From Geobacteraceae bacterium (GTDB lineage Bacteria > Desulfobacterota > Desulfuromonadia > Desulfuromonadales > Desulfuromonadaceae), in assembly GCA_020201305.1 (NCBI GenBank), contig JAIVHC010000154.1:1-39513 (forward strand): 39,513 bases of DNA, given 5' to 3'. Below are positions 25,837 to 34,542 of the stretch, piece by piece; position 1 is the stretch's first letter, and each line of letters opens with the position of its first letter. Under the pieces are notes generated by a model. The model was not told the DNA's origin. It made no database searches and saw only the letters and a program-made list of their open reading frames with translations. A program made the translations under genes and the position numbers.

Positions 25837-26205
25837 CTAAAACAGAAAACGTTCGATGGTCTCGATGACCTTGGCAGATTTGAACGGTTTGGTCACGTAC
25901 CAGTCCGCCCCCACTTCATCTCCGTGGGACAGGTCCTCCTGGCTCTTTTTGGCGGTGAGCATGATAACCGGCAGATCCTTTGTCTCCGGATTATTCTTGA
26001 TTCGGCGACACACCTCAAACCCATCTATCTCCGGCAGCATGATATCAAGCAGCACCAGATCCACCTTCTCCTTTGCCAAAATGTCCAGGGCAATGCTTCC
26101 ATTGGCTGCCCCTATCACCTCAAACCCTTTAGAAGTTAGAAGAATACTTTCCAGTTTGAGCAAGCTCTCTTCATCCTCAACTACAAGAATAGTTTTTTTA
26201 CTCAC
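25837..26205 (-). CDS. Single-domain response regulator (CheY-like receiver)
   Basis: ILVVEDEE, LVLLDIMLPEIDG (phospho-acceptor Asp), PVIMLTAK and YVTKPF are receiver-domain motifs. GTG 26205 is preferred because AAGGAGG lies 6 nt upstream; the track ATG is at 26226. No kinase or output domain is in the window. Confidence 0.85.
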   Translation of the reverse strand: MSKKTILVVEDEESLLKLESILLTSKGFEVIGAANGSIALDILAKEKVDLVLLDIMLPEIDGFEVCRRIKNNPETKDLPVIMLTAKKSQEDLSHGDEVGADWYVTKPFKSAKVIETIERFLF

Positions 26206-26383
26206 CCCAACCCTCCTTAAATCCACTCATCAGCAATCAGCGGGCACAGTCCCTTATATTGTTTGAGTCTTAATTATTACCCAAAAACTGTAACACAAAA
26301 CTTCCGAAATCTCAGCACGCAATCGGCAATGTATAGCTGTTTTGCTTTAAGAAAAAACAAAAGTTTGCAAGGTGCAAAACAAA

Positions 26384-27694
26384 TCAACGTTCCCGATCGC
26401 GATAGTTGATACGTATGGGGCAACCGGTAAAACCGAAGGGCGCGCGGATCTTATTTGCCAGATAGCGGCGATAGGAAAAATGCACCCCGTCCGACTTGTT
26501 CACAAATATGGTAAAGGTGGGAGGGCGTACTGCGGTCTGTGTTATATAGAAAAACTTCACCCGCTTACCGTGGTACATAGCGGGCTGGTGCGCCTCTTCT
26601 GCAGCCTGAAGGACTTTATTGAGCTCAGAGGTGCTGATCTTGCGATTGAACTGATACGCAACCTCAGCTACGGTTTCCATGATTTTAGCCACACGCTGGC
26701 CAGTAAGGGCCGAAACAAACACGATGGGGGCAAAACTTAAAAATTTAAACTTCCGCCGAATCTCTTCGGTGAAGTTTTTCACTGAAGAGTTATCTTTTTC
26801 AAGGGTATCCCACTTATTCACTACCAGTACTATGGCGCGTCCTCTGTCATAGGCATATCCGGCTATGGTGATATCCTGATCGATGATGCCTGCTTCAGCG
26901 TCAATGACCAGCATCACCACATGCGCGCGGTCCATCCCTTTCAGGGCGTGTACGATGGAAAACTTCTCCAACTTCTGGCTCACCCGCCCGCGGCGCCGGA
27001 TCCCTGCTGTATCGATAAGAAGGTACTTCTGTTTATTGTATACAAAAGGGGTGTCAACGCTGTCACGTGTGGTACCGGCGATGGGATTGGCAACTACCCG
27101 CTCGTAGCCGAGCATGCGATTGACAATGGAGGATTTACCCACATTGGGGCGTCCGATTACCGCAAGGCGGATTTCACGCTCTTCTTCATCTTCGCCGCGG
27201 TGCTCCGGGATCAAGTTCTGCATGTCGGCAGTCAGGTCGCTGATTCCGCGGCCGTGCTCTGCCGAAACCGAATAAAAGTGATCGATCCCCAGGGCATAGA
27301 ATTCTGTCGCTTCATCCTCCTGCTTCGGACCATCCACTTTATTGACCACATACAGCACCGGCTTTTGCACACGCCGCAACAGCTGCGCCACTTCCTGGTC
27401 TGAGGAGGTAAGCCCCTCACGTCCATCGAGAAGAAACAGGATAATATCGGCTTCCTCTATCGCGAGTTGCGACTGCTCGCGCATCTGTGCCAGCATCCGA
27501 TCGGTGCTCGCTGGTTCAAAGCCGCCTGTGTCGATAAGAGTAAAAGGTTTGTCAAAACGGTTAACTGCGGCATAGTTACGATCACGCGTAACACCGGCAA
27601 TGTCTTCCACAATGGCTTTGCGCTGCCCGAGGATACGGTTAAACAGGGTCGATTTGCCCACGTTGGGGCGTCCGACAATGGCTACTACAGACAT
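26384..27694 (-). CDS. der: Ribosome-associated GTPase Der (EngA)
   Basis: Two tandem G domains, each with [16 protein letters not shown] and NKVD/NKWD, plus a C-terminal KH-like domain. Confidence 0.95.
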   Translation of the reverse strand: MSVVAIVGRPNVGKSTLFNRILGQRKAIVEDIAGVTRDRNYAAVNRFDKPFTLIDTGGFEPASTDRMLAQMREQSQLAIEEADIILFLLDGREGLTSSDQEVAQLLRRVQKPVLYVVNKVDGPKQEDEATEFYALGIDHFYSVSAEHGRGISDLTADMQNLIPEHRGEDEEEREIRLAVIGRPNVGKSSIVNRMLGYERVVANPIAGTTRDSVDTPFVYNKQKYLLIDTAGIRRRGRVSQKLEKFSIVHALKGMDRAHVVMLVIDAEAGIIDQDITIAGYAYDRGRAIVLVVNKWDTLEKDNSSVKNFTEEIRRKFKFLSFAPIVFVSALTGQRVAKIMETVAEVAYQFNRKISTSELNKVLQAAEEAHQPAMYHGKRVKFFYITQTAVRPPTFTIFVNKSDGVHFSYRRYLANKIRAPFGFTGCPIRINYRDRER

Positions 27695-27782
27695 GAAATG
27701 TCCTCTTTCTTTTAGCTTGTAATTTTACCTGATATGAGGAAGATACGTTACGCTTATAAAATTAACAGCGTTTACTTCCTCT

Positions 27783-28688
27783 CTAGTTATATCCCAGTTC
27801 CCGCAGGGCGCGATCCGACTCCATCCAGTTTTTCTTCACTTTTACAAACAGTTCAAGATATACCTTGGTGTCAAGAAAGCGTTCAATTTCGTGGCGCGCA
27901 TCGGTACCCAGAGTGCGGATCATACTTCCACCCTTACCTACCAGAATACGCTTGTGTGCATCACGTCCGACGTAAATCACCGCCTGAATGGAAATCAGTC
28001 CATCGCGTGCACGCTCGGTAAAACTTTCCACTTCGACCGCCACCCCGTAGGGCAACTCCTGGCGCGTTCGCCGCAGTACTTTTTCGCGGATCATCTCCGC
28101 CACGATGAAGCGTTCAGGCACATCGGTAACCGCATCTTCGGGATAGAGCATGGGCCCCGGGGGTAACATCTCCTCTACTTGTCGCAGCATATCCTCGACA
28201 CCGCTGCCATCTTCAGCGCAGATGGGGATAATCGCAGCGAAATCAAAGGAATTACTATAGTGCGCCATTAAGGGAAGCAGTTCAGCTTTATCAATACAGT
28301 CTATTTTGTTTATCAGCAGAACCACAGGGATCTGATTTTTGGCAAGAATCTGCAGAATAAAATCATCACTTTTGCCCGGCTGAGCCGCATCGGTAACCAG
28401 AAGTACAACATCCACGCCACTGCACGCTGAGAGAGCCTGATCCACCATATATTGATTGAGCTTCCCGCGCGCCTTGTGAATCCCCGGAGTGTCAAGGAAC
28501 AAGGTCTGTGCTGTTTCTGTAGTACGAATACCCAGGACCCGGTTTCTGGTGGTCTGGGGTTTATTCGCGGTAATGGCGATCTTCTGCCCGAGGATTTTAT
28601 TCAGCAGGGTCGATTTACCCACATTGGGACGTCCCACAATAGATACAAATCCGCACCGGCGTTCCATTTGTTCGCTATTTTCTATCAT
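27783..28688 (-). CDS. era: GTPase Era
   Basis: G domain ([20 protein letters not shown]) followed by a KH domain (...VIYVGRDAHKRILVGKGGSMI...). Confidence 0.95.
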   Translation of the reverse strand: MIENSEQMERRCGFVSIVGRPNVGKSTLLNKILGQKIAITANKPQTTRNRVLGIRTTETAQTLFLDTPGIHKARGKLNQYMVDQALSACSGVDVVLLVTDAAQPGKSDDFILQILAKNQIPVVLLINKIDCIDKAELLPLMAHYSNSFDFAAIIPICAEDGSGVEDMLRQVEEMLPPGPMLYPEDAVTDVPERFIVAEMIREKVLRRTRQELPYGVAVEVESFTERARDGLISIQAVIYVGRDAHKRILVGKGGSMIRTLGTDARHEIERFLDTKVYLELFVKVKKNWMESDRALRELGYN

Positions 28689-29442
28689 TTTTCGAGTTAT
28701 TCTCCAGATCTAATTCAGTCTCAAGCCCTATTTTTTCCAACGCTGCCAACGCTGCCTTTTGCTGTGCTGCTTTTTTGCTTTTCCCTCTCCCACTTCCTAA
28801 TTCAAGCCCGTCACAATGTACCTGCACCAGATATATCCGATCGTGATCCGGCCCGCTCTGATCGCACAATACATATTCGGGGCCGACGCCGAAACGCGCC
28901 TGCACCTCTTCCTGCAAACGGGTTTTATAATCGTGGGATTCGCGCTGTACATCCGCAACAGCATCATCGTCCAGTAGCGCAATAATTACCTTGTCTGCTT
29001 CATCCAGACCGGAATCGAGAAACACCGCCCCAAAGATTGCTTCGATGGCATCAGCGAGGATATTATCTTTATCTCTTCCGCCGCTGTGCTCTTCCCCGCG
29101 GCCCAGGCACAAATACTCTCCCAGCTGAAGCGCGCGCGCCATCGCCGCGAGAGCCGGGGCACTCACCAACTCCGAGCGCACGCGCGACAACTCTCCCTCC
29201 GGTAGATCCGGATAGCGTGCGAACAAATGTTTTGCAACCACCACATCCAGAACTGCATCACCGAGAAATTCAAGGCGCTCATTCGATGCAGCCGGATCTC
29301 CAAGTTTCTCGTTGGCAAAAGATTTGTGTACCAACGCCTTCTTGAGAAACTCCCTGGAGGCAAAGCGATACCCCAGTTTCTCCTCCAGCTGTGCGAGTAT
29401 GGAGTGCTGTTTTGGTGCATTTGATTCAGAGGAGTTCTGCAT
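28675..29442 (-). CDS. rnc: Ribonuclease III
   Basis: RNase III signature NERLEFLGDAVL and a C-terminal dsRBD (GSGRGKSKKAAQQKAA). It overlaps era by 14 nt, the conserved rnc-era arrangement. Confidence 0.9.
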   Translation of the reverse strand: MQNSSESNAPKQHSILAQLEEKLGYRFASREFLKKALVHKSFANEKLGDPAASNERLEFLGDAVLDVVVAKHLFARYPDLPEGELSRVRSELVSAPALAAMARALQLGEYLCLGRGEEHSGGRDKDNILADAIEAIFGAVFLDSGLDEADKVIIALLDDDAVADVQRESHDYKTRLQEEVQARFGVGPEYVLCDQSGPDHDRIYLVQVHCDGLELGSGRGKSKKAAQQKAALAALEKIGLETELDLENNSKNDRK

Positions 29443-29616
29443 AAGTTAAAATACCGTTCCAAGCGAAAAACACTTCAACACTTCTACATCCAAATCGGTT
29501 ACCATACCGTGACATGAAGCATAACGCATCAGAAAAACATGCACCCTATGCTATTCAGGGTAACTTTTATATTCGGATGCCATGTGCCAGCATGGTTGCG
29601 CCCCACAATTTTCACC

Positions 29617-29644
29617 TTGATTCATCCGGCATGAAATCTATAAT
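29617..29644 (+). promoter_or_regulatory. Candidate sigma-70 promoter for the tmk-holB operon
   Basis: TTGATT (29617..29622), a 16-nt spacer, then TATAAT (29639..29644). It lies about 75 nt upstream of the tmk ATG. Confidence 0.4.
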
Positions 29645-29721
29645 GACCTCTTCTCACGCACCACACAATATGTACTTCAATTGAATAACCGAGTAAGAAC
29701 ATACACACGGATTGCCCATTA

Positions 29722-30375
29722 ATGCATAATTTTATTACCCTAGAAGGGATTGAGGGGTGCGGCAAAACCTCTCAAATCAAACGTTTACACGCTGCACTCC
29801 AGACGAAAGATATTCCGGCTCTGCTTACGCGCGAGCCGGGCGGCTGCGCCATTGCGGATAAAATCCGCTCCATCCTCCTTGATCCCTATCATACCCACAT
29901 GGTGCCCACGGCTGAATTACTCCTGTATGCGGCGGCAAGGGCACAACACGTTGAGGAGGTTATACGCCCGGAACTCGAAGCGGGCAAAGTGGTTATCTGC
30001 GATCGCTTTACTGATGCAACCATGGCTTACCAGGGTTACGCACGTGGATTGGAGCTTGGAACTATTAAAACACTGGCACAGCTTGCGTGCGCAGGGATTG
30101 AGCCCGGACTCACCCTGTGGCTGGATCTGCCAGTTGAAGTGGGGATAAAGCGCGCTCTGCAGCGTAACCACGCGCAGGACTCAAGAGCAGAAGCGCGCTT
30201 CGACCAGGAATCGCTCCTGTTTCACTCCAGGGTGCAACACGGCTATGCCCAACTGCAGACAGAGAACCCACAGCGCATCAAACGTATTGATGCCGATGCC
30301 AGCTTTGACCAGGTAACTGAGCGTATTCTCAAAGTAGTAGCACAGCATCTCGAACTCAGCAGGTTAAACCCATGA
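29722..30375 (+). CDS. tmk: Thymidylate kinase
   Basis: P-loop FITLEGIEGCGKTSQ, TREPGG, and the DR(F/Y) motif CDRFTDAT. Confidence 0.9.
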   Translation: MHNFITLEGIEGCGKTSQIKRLHAALQTKDIPALLTREPGGCAIADKIRSILLDPYHTHMVPTAELLLYAAARAQHVEEVIRPELEAGKVVICDRFTDATMAYQGYARGLELGTIKTLAQLACAGIEPGLTLWLDLPVEVGIKRALQRNHAQDSRAEARFDQESLLFHSRVQHGYAQLQTENPQRIKRIDADASFDQVTERILKVVAQHLELSRLNP

Positions 30376-31355
30376 CTTTCGGGAATATTATCGGGCACGA
30401 GCAACAGAAAAAACTTTTGCGTCACGCATTTTCAAGCGATAAACTTGCGCACGCGTATCTATTCAGCGGAATTGAGGGAATCGGCAAACGCCTCATGGCA
30501 TTGGCGCTGGCGCGCATGGTGTTCTGCCACGAAGGGAAAGGGTGCGGAAACTGTAACGCCTGTAGGCGCATCGACCACAACAACCACCCGGATCTTCATC
30601 TACTTGAAACAAACGGGCAGTTTATCAAGATTGAACAGATCCGTACCCTGCAGAAAAACCTCGCTTTTCGCCCCCTGGAAGCGCCACGCCATTTCGTCCT
30701 CATTGATCAGGCGGAACGTATGCATCCGGGGGCAGCCAATGCTCTGCTGAAAACTCTGGAAGAGCCTCCGAACGGAACAATTTTCGTCCTCCTGAGTGCG
30801 CACCCGCATACCCTCCCGAGTACGATCCGATCCAGATGTCAGACACTCCCTTTTTCACATTTAAGTAATGCAGAGATTGAAAAGGTGTTGCGCACCCAGG
30901 TGGACGATGAAGTGGAACGCAATATTCTGGCGGCGCTCGCCCAAGGCAGCCTGAGCAAGGCATTTGGCGCTGACCGCGATTTTTACCTCAATACACGGCG
31001 CGAAATCTTCACCGCCATCGCGCGTCTCAACCCTGCTTCTGTGCTCCCCATGCTCGAACTTGCCCCTACACTGGCTCCGGATAGAGAATATGCTGAGGCA
31101 GTAACCGATATTCTCATCAGCTGCTATCGCGACTTGTTTATTCTAGCATCACGAGCTTCCGGAGCCTTGGTAGTCAATACAGATCTGGAACAGGAACTGC
31201 GTCATTTGAGTTCCCGCTGTTCTCCGACATGCGCCTCTGCCATGCTCGATGCTATTTTACAGTGTCGCACTTACCTGCAACACAATGTCAATCCTCTTTT
31301 AGCCATGGAATGGCTACTCTCGCGCCTGGTCTTTCAGGCACCCCGGAAGAGTTAA
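30372..31355 (+). CDS. holB: DNA polymerase III subunit delta-prime
   Basis: HAYLFSGIEGIGK, a Zn module CHEGKGCGNCNACRR, and SRC (TIRSRCQ). Its start overlaps the tmk stop as ATGA. Confidence 0.85.
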   Translation: MTFGNIIGHEQQKKLLRHAFSSDKLAHAYLFSGIEGIGKRLMALALARMVFCHEGKGCGNCNACRRIDHNNHPDLHLLETNGQFIKIEQIRTLQKNLAFRPLEAPRHFVLIDQAERMHPGAANALLKTLEEPPNGTIFVLLSAHPHTLPSTIRSRCQTLPFSHLSNAEIEKVLRTQVDDEVERNILAALAQGSLSKAFGADRDFYLNTRREIFTAIARLNPASVLPMLELAPTLAPDREYAEAVTDILISCYRDLFILASRASGALVVNTDLEQELRHLSSRCSPTCASAMLDAILQCRTYLQHNVNPLLAMEWLLSRLVFQAPRKS

Positions 31356-31576
31356 ATACGGAGCAAGCAGCAACATAACGTTGCCTGCTTCTGGCGAATA
31401 CGTTACCATGGGCGCATTATTCAGTCTCAGAAAATTATACGCATCTGCGTTGTTTTCTGAACACGGAAAAATTGTGTCGCCCTTGCACTATGAAAGGTGT
31501 AATTTTTCTCAATAAAAACAGAGAATCAGGCAGCATAATTAACCTCATACTTTAACTTTACGATATCGAATTATAT

Positions 31577-32929
31577 ATGCAGAACAATGAAATAGAAAAA
31601 CAGAATAAAGCCCAGAGCACTGAAAACGATAAGGAAACCGGGAAGCATCCCGAAGATCACCTCTCGGCTGAAAAAGAACCCGGGAGCGCGGGAAAAGAGT
31701 CTGTTGTTGTTACGGTAAAATTCCGTAATGCGGGTAAACAATATGACTTTGACACCAACGGGATCGAACTTAAATGCCATGATCAGGTGGTAGTAGAGAC
31801 CAGCCGCGGGCGAGCCCTGGGTACGGTAGTGCGCGACCCGCGCAATCTTGTGGATATTGGAAAACGTCCCCAGGAACTGAAAAAGGTGCTCCGCCTTGCC
31901 ACGGAAGCAGACATCAACATGACCCGCATCAGCCGTGCCAAGGAAGATGAGGCATTCGCATTTTGTACTGAACGGATAAAAAAACGCAACCTGCCCATGA
32001 ATCTTGTCAAGGCTGACTACCTGTTCGACGGCTCCAAAATCTTGTTTCACTTTACCGCAGAAAGCCGCATCGACTTCAGGGAATTGGTTAAAGACCTGGC
32101 CCACCACTTTCATACCCGCATTGAAATGCGCCAGATTGGCGTACGAGATGAAGCCAAGCTCATTGGCGGTCTGGGCATCTGCGGACGAGAACTCTGCTGC
32201 TCCACCTTTATCACCGAATTCCAGCCTGTGTCCGTAAAAATGGCTAAACAACAGGGCCTGGCCCTTAACCCGAGTAAAATATCCGGACAGTGCGGACGCC
32301 TCCTGTGCTGTCTTGGGTACGAATACGAAACCTACTGCAGCATGGCGAAAAATCTTCCCAAAACCGGGCGCAAAGTACAATACGAAGGCCAGGAAGCCAC
32401 TGTTGTTGCTGTCAATATCCTGGCCCAGCGTGTCACGCTGCGCCTGGAGGGGAAAAATTTCGAAGTCTCCATAGATTCACTCAACCGGGGCAAAGGCATT
32501 GCGAACCAAAGCGGGAAGCAGGAACAACACCCCCCTGGTACTCAAACGGCGGAGCGCAAGAGCCGAGGGGGGAAAACCTCATCCCGTGCCAACCGTATTA
32601 CCGTGCACACCAAAGCGTCTCAGGCCGAGCCCCGTCCTGAAGAAAGCGGTCCTGAAGTAGATGGCGATAAAAGCAAGCCTTCGCATCCTCAAGGGAAGAA
32701 GAACAGGCCAGGCTCCCGGCGGGGACGTCAGAAACAACGTCCTCCTTCCAAACAGGCGCAAAACCCTGCCCCGGAGGATAAACCTGCCTCGCCCTCTTCT
32801 GCCGAACCCAAGGGTGACTCAGCCCCCGCACCGGGCAAAGGAGAAAAACCTCAGGAGCAGAAAAACCAGAAAAGAAGACCACCACGTCGTCGCAATAAAC
32901 GCCGGCCGAAACCGAAGCCGAAAACATAG
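31577..32929 (+). CDS. PSP1 domain protein (YaaT/RicT-like) with low-complexity N-terminal leader and long basic C-terminal tail
   Basis: The PSP1 core (approx aa 45-300) includes the Cys-rich block GICGRELCCSTF...SGQCGRLLCCLGYE. The conserved holB-PSP1-metG position supports the call. No clear RBS sits before ATG 31577, so the start is uncertain. Confidence 0.8.
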   Translation: MQNNEIEKQNKAQSTENDKETGKHPEDHLSAEKEPGSAGKESVVVTVKFRNAGKQYDFDTNGIELKCHDQVVVETSRGRALGTVVRDPRNLVDIGKRPQELKKVLRLATEADINMTRISRAKEDEAFAFCTERIKKRNLPMNLVKADYLFDGSKILFHFTAESRIDFRELVKDLAHHFHTRIEMRQIGVRDEAKLIGGLGICGRELCCSTFITEFQPVSVKMAKQQGLALNPSKISGQCGRLLCCLGYEYETYCSMAKNLPKTGRKVQYEGQEATVVAVNILAQRVTLRLEGKNFEVSIDSLNRGKGIANQSGKQEQHPPGTQTAERKSRGGKTSSRANRITVHTKASQAEPRPEESGPEVDGDKSKPSHPQGKKNRPGSRRGRQKQRPPSKQAQNPAPEDKPASPSSAEPKGDSAPAPGKGEKPQEQKNQKRRPPRRRNKRRPKPKPKT

Positions 32930-32940
32930 CAGGAGATCGC

Positions 32941-34482
32941 ATGCCAAACACATTTTACATCACAACCCCCATCTACTATGTCAACGACGTACCGCATATC
33001 GGGCACGCCTATACCACTCTCGCGTGCGACGTTCTGGCACGCTACAAGCGTTCCCGCGGATTTGAGGTGTTTTTCCTCACCGGCACCGATGAGCATGGAC
33101 AAAAGGTGGAAAAAGCCGCGCTCGCCAACGGCGAAACGCCAATTGAACTTGCAGATCGGGTAATGCCACGCTTCCAGGCACTCTGGGAAAAGCTCAATAT
33201 AGAAAATACCGATTTTATCCGCACCACCCAGCAGCGTCACGCCAAAGGCGTACAAAAGCTGTTCCTTCATCTTAAAGAGCAGGGGGATATTTTTCTCGGC
33301 ACATATGAAGACTGGTACTGCACCCCCTGCGAAACCTTCTGGACCGAGACCAACCTGATCGATGGCTGTTGCCCTGACTGTGGGCGTCCTACAGAAAAGC
33401 TGCAGGAAGAATCATACTTCTTCCGCATGAGCAAATACCAGCAGCAGTTACTGGAGCACATTGAAGCCAACCCGGACTTTATACAGCCGCGTTCACGACG
33501 CAACGAAGTTCTCAGCTTTGTGCGCGAAGGGTTGCGCGACCTCTCCATCTCCAGAACCAGCTTTTCCTGGGGCATCAAAGTTCCCGACGACGACAAACAT
33601 GTACTATATGTATGGTTCGATGCGCTGAGTAATTACATCACCGCACTGGGATACCCTGATGACGCAAAAGGGAATTTTGCCAAATTCTGGCCTGCCGATG
33701 TGCACGTAATCGGCAAAGACATTCTCCGTTTTCACACAGTGTACTGGCCTACGTTTCTCCTTGCTGCGGGGCTGCCTTTACCCAAAAAAGTGTTTGCGCA
33801 CGGGTGGTGGACCGTTGAAGGGAAAAAAATGAGCAAGAGCATGCAAAATGTAGTGGAACCCAACATGCTGGTAGAAAAATACGGCATTGACCCCATTCGC
33901 TATTTTCTGTTGCGCGAAGTTCCGTTTGGTCTCGATGGCGATTTCTCCCACTCATCCCTGGTCAACCGCATCAATTCTGACCTCGCTAACGACCTGGGAA
34001 ATCTTCTCAGCCGCTGCACAGCCATGGTTAACAAGTACTTTGATGGAATTCTCCCTGCGGCGCAGAGTTGTAACGAAGAGGATGAAGCTCTGGTCGAGCT
34101 GTGTCGTGAGCGCATGGAGACAGTGGATAAGCATATGGATGCTCTTGCATTCAACAAAGCTCTTACAAGCATCTGGGAAATCATCAGCGCCGCAAATCGC
34201 TACATTGACACCAATGCTCCCTGGACCCTGGCCAAGGACGAAAGTCAGCACGAGCGTCTGGGCACAGTGATGTACAATCTCATTGAAACGATCCGTCTTG
34301 TAGGACTGAGCATTGAGCCGTTCATGCCAGACACGGGCGATAAGATTAAAGAGACCCTGGGCCTGAGCGCAACCGAGGGGTTGGAAAATCTGAGTGCTTG
34401 GGGCCAGATTGAACCCGGCTCTACCATCAAGAAGGCTCCCCCCATGTTCCCACGCATTGACCCAAAGCTAACCCAATGCTAA
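32941..34482 (+). CDS. metG: Methionine--tRNA ligase (short form without C-terminal tRNA-binding domain)
   Basis: HIGH motif (VPHIGHAYT), a Zn knuckle (CTPCETFW...CCPDCGRP), and KMSKS (GKKMSKSMQN). A GGAG RBS sits upstream. Confidence 0.95.
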   Translation: MPNTFYITTPIYYVNDVPHIGHAYTTLACDVLARYKRSRGFEVFFLTGTDEHGQKVEKAALANGETPIELADRVMPRFQALWEKLNIENTDFIRTTQQRHAKGVQKLFLHLKEQGDIFLGTYEDWYCTPCETFWTETNLIDGCCPDCGRPTEKLQEESYFFRMSKYQQQLLEHIEANPDFIQPRSRRNEVLSFVREGLRDLSISRTSFSWGIKVPDDDKHVLYVWFDALSNYITALGYPDDAKGNFAKFWPADVHVIGKDILRFHTVYWPTFLLAAGLPLPKKVFAHGWWTVEGKKMSKSMQNVVEPNMLVEKYGIDPIRYFLLREVPFGLDGDFSHSSLVNRINSDLANDLGNLLSRCTAMVNKYFDGILPAAQSCNEEDEALVELCRERMETVDKHMDALAFNKALTSIWEIISAANRYIDTNAPWTLAKDESQHERLGTVMYNLIETIRLVGLSIEPFMPDTGDKIKETLGLSATEGLENLSAWGQIEPGSTIKKAPPMFPRIDPKLTQC

Positions 34483-34542
34483 AACCTGTACCGGGCGCAC
34501 ATCACGCCCGGCTTTATATCTGATCCGCGGAGTTAGAAGTAT

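Noticed and set aside
31408-31515. 35-aa ORF (MGALFSLRKLYASALFSEHGKIVSPLHYERCNFSQ) in the holB-PSP1 spacer
   Set aside because: It has no Shine-Dalgarno sequence and no recognisable motif. Conservation cannot be judged from one sequence, so I do not report it as a gene.
31571-32380. 269-aa minus-strand ORF
   Set aside because: It is antisense to the PSP1 domain gene. The PSP1 frame has the conserved Cys-rich motifs and conserved synteny, and the antisense product has no recognisable features.
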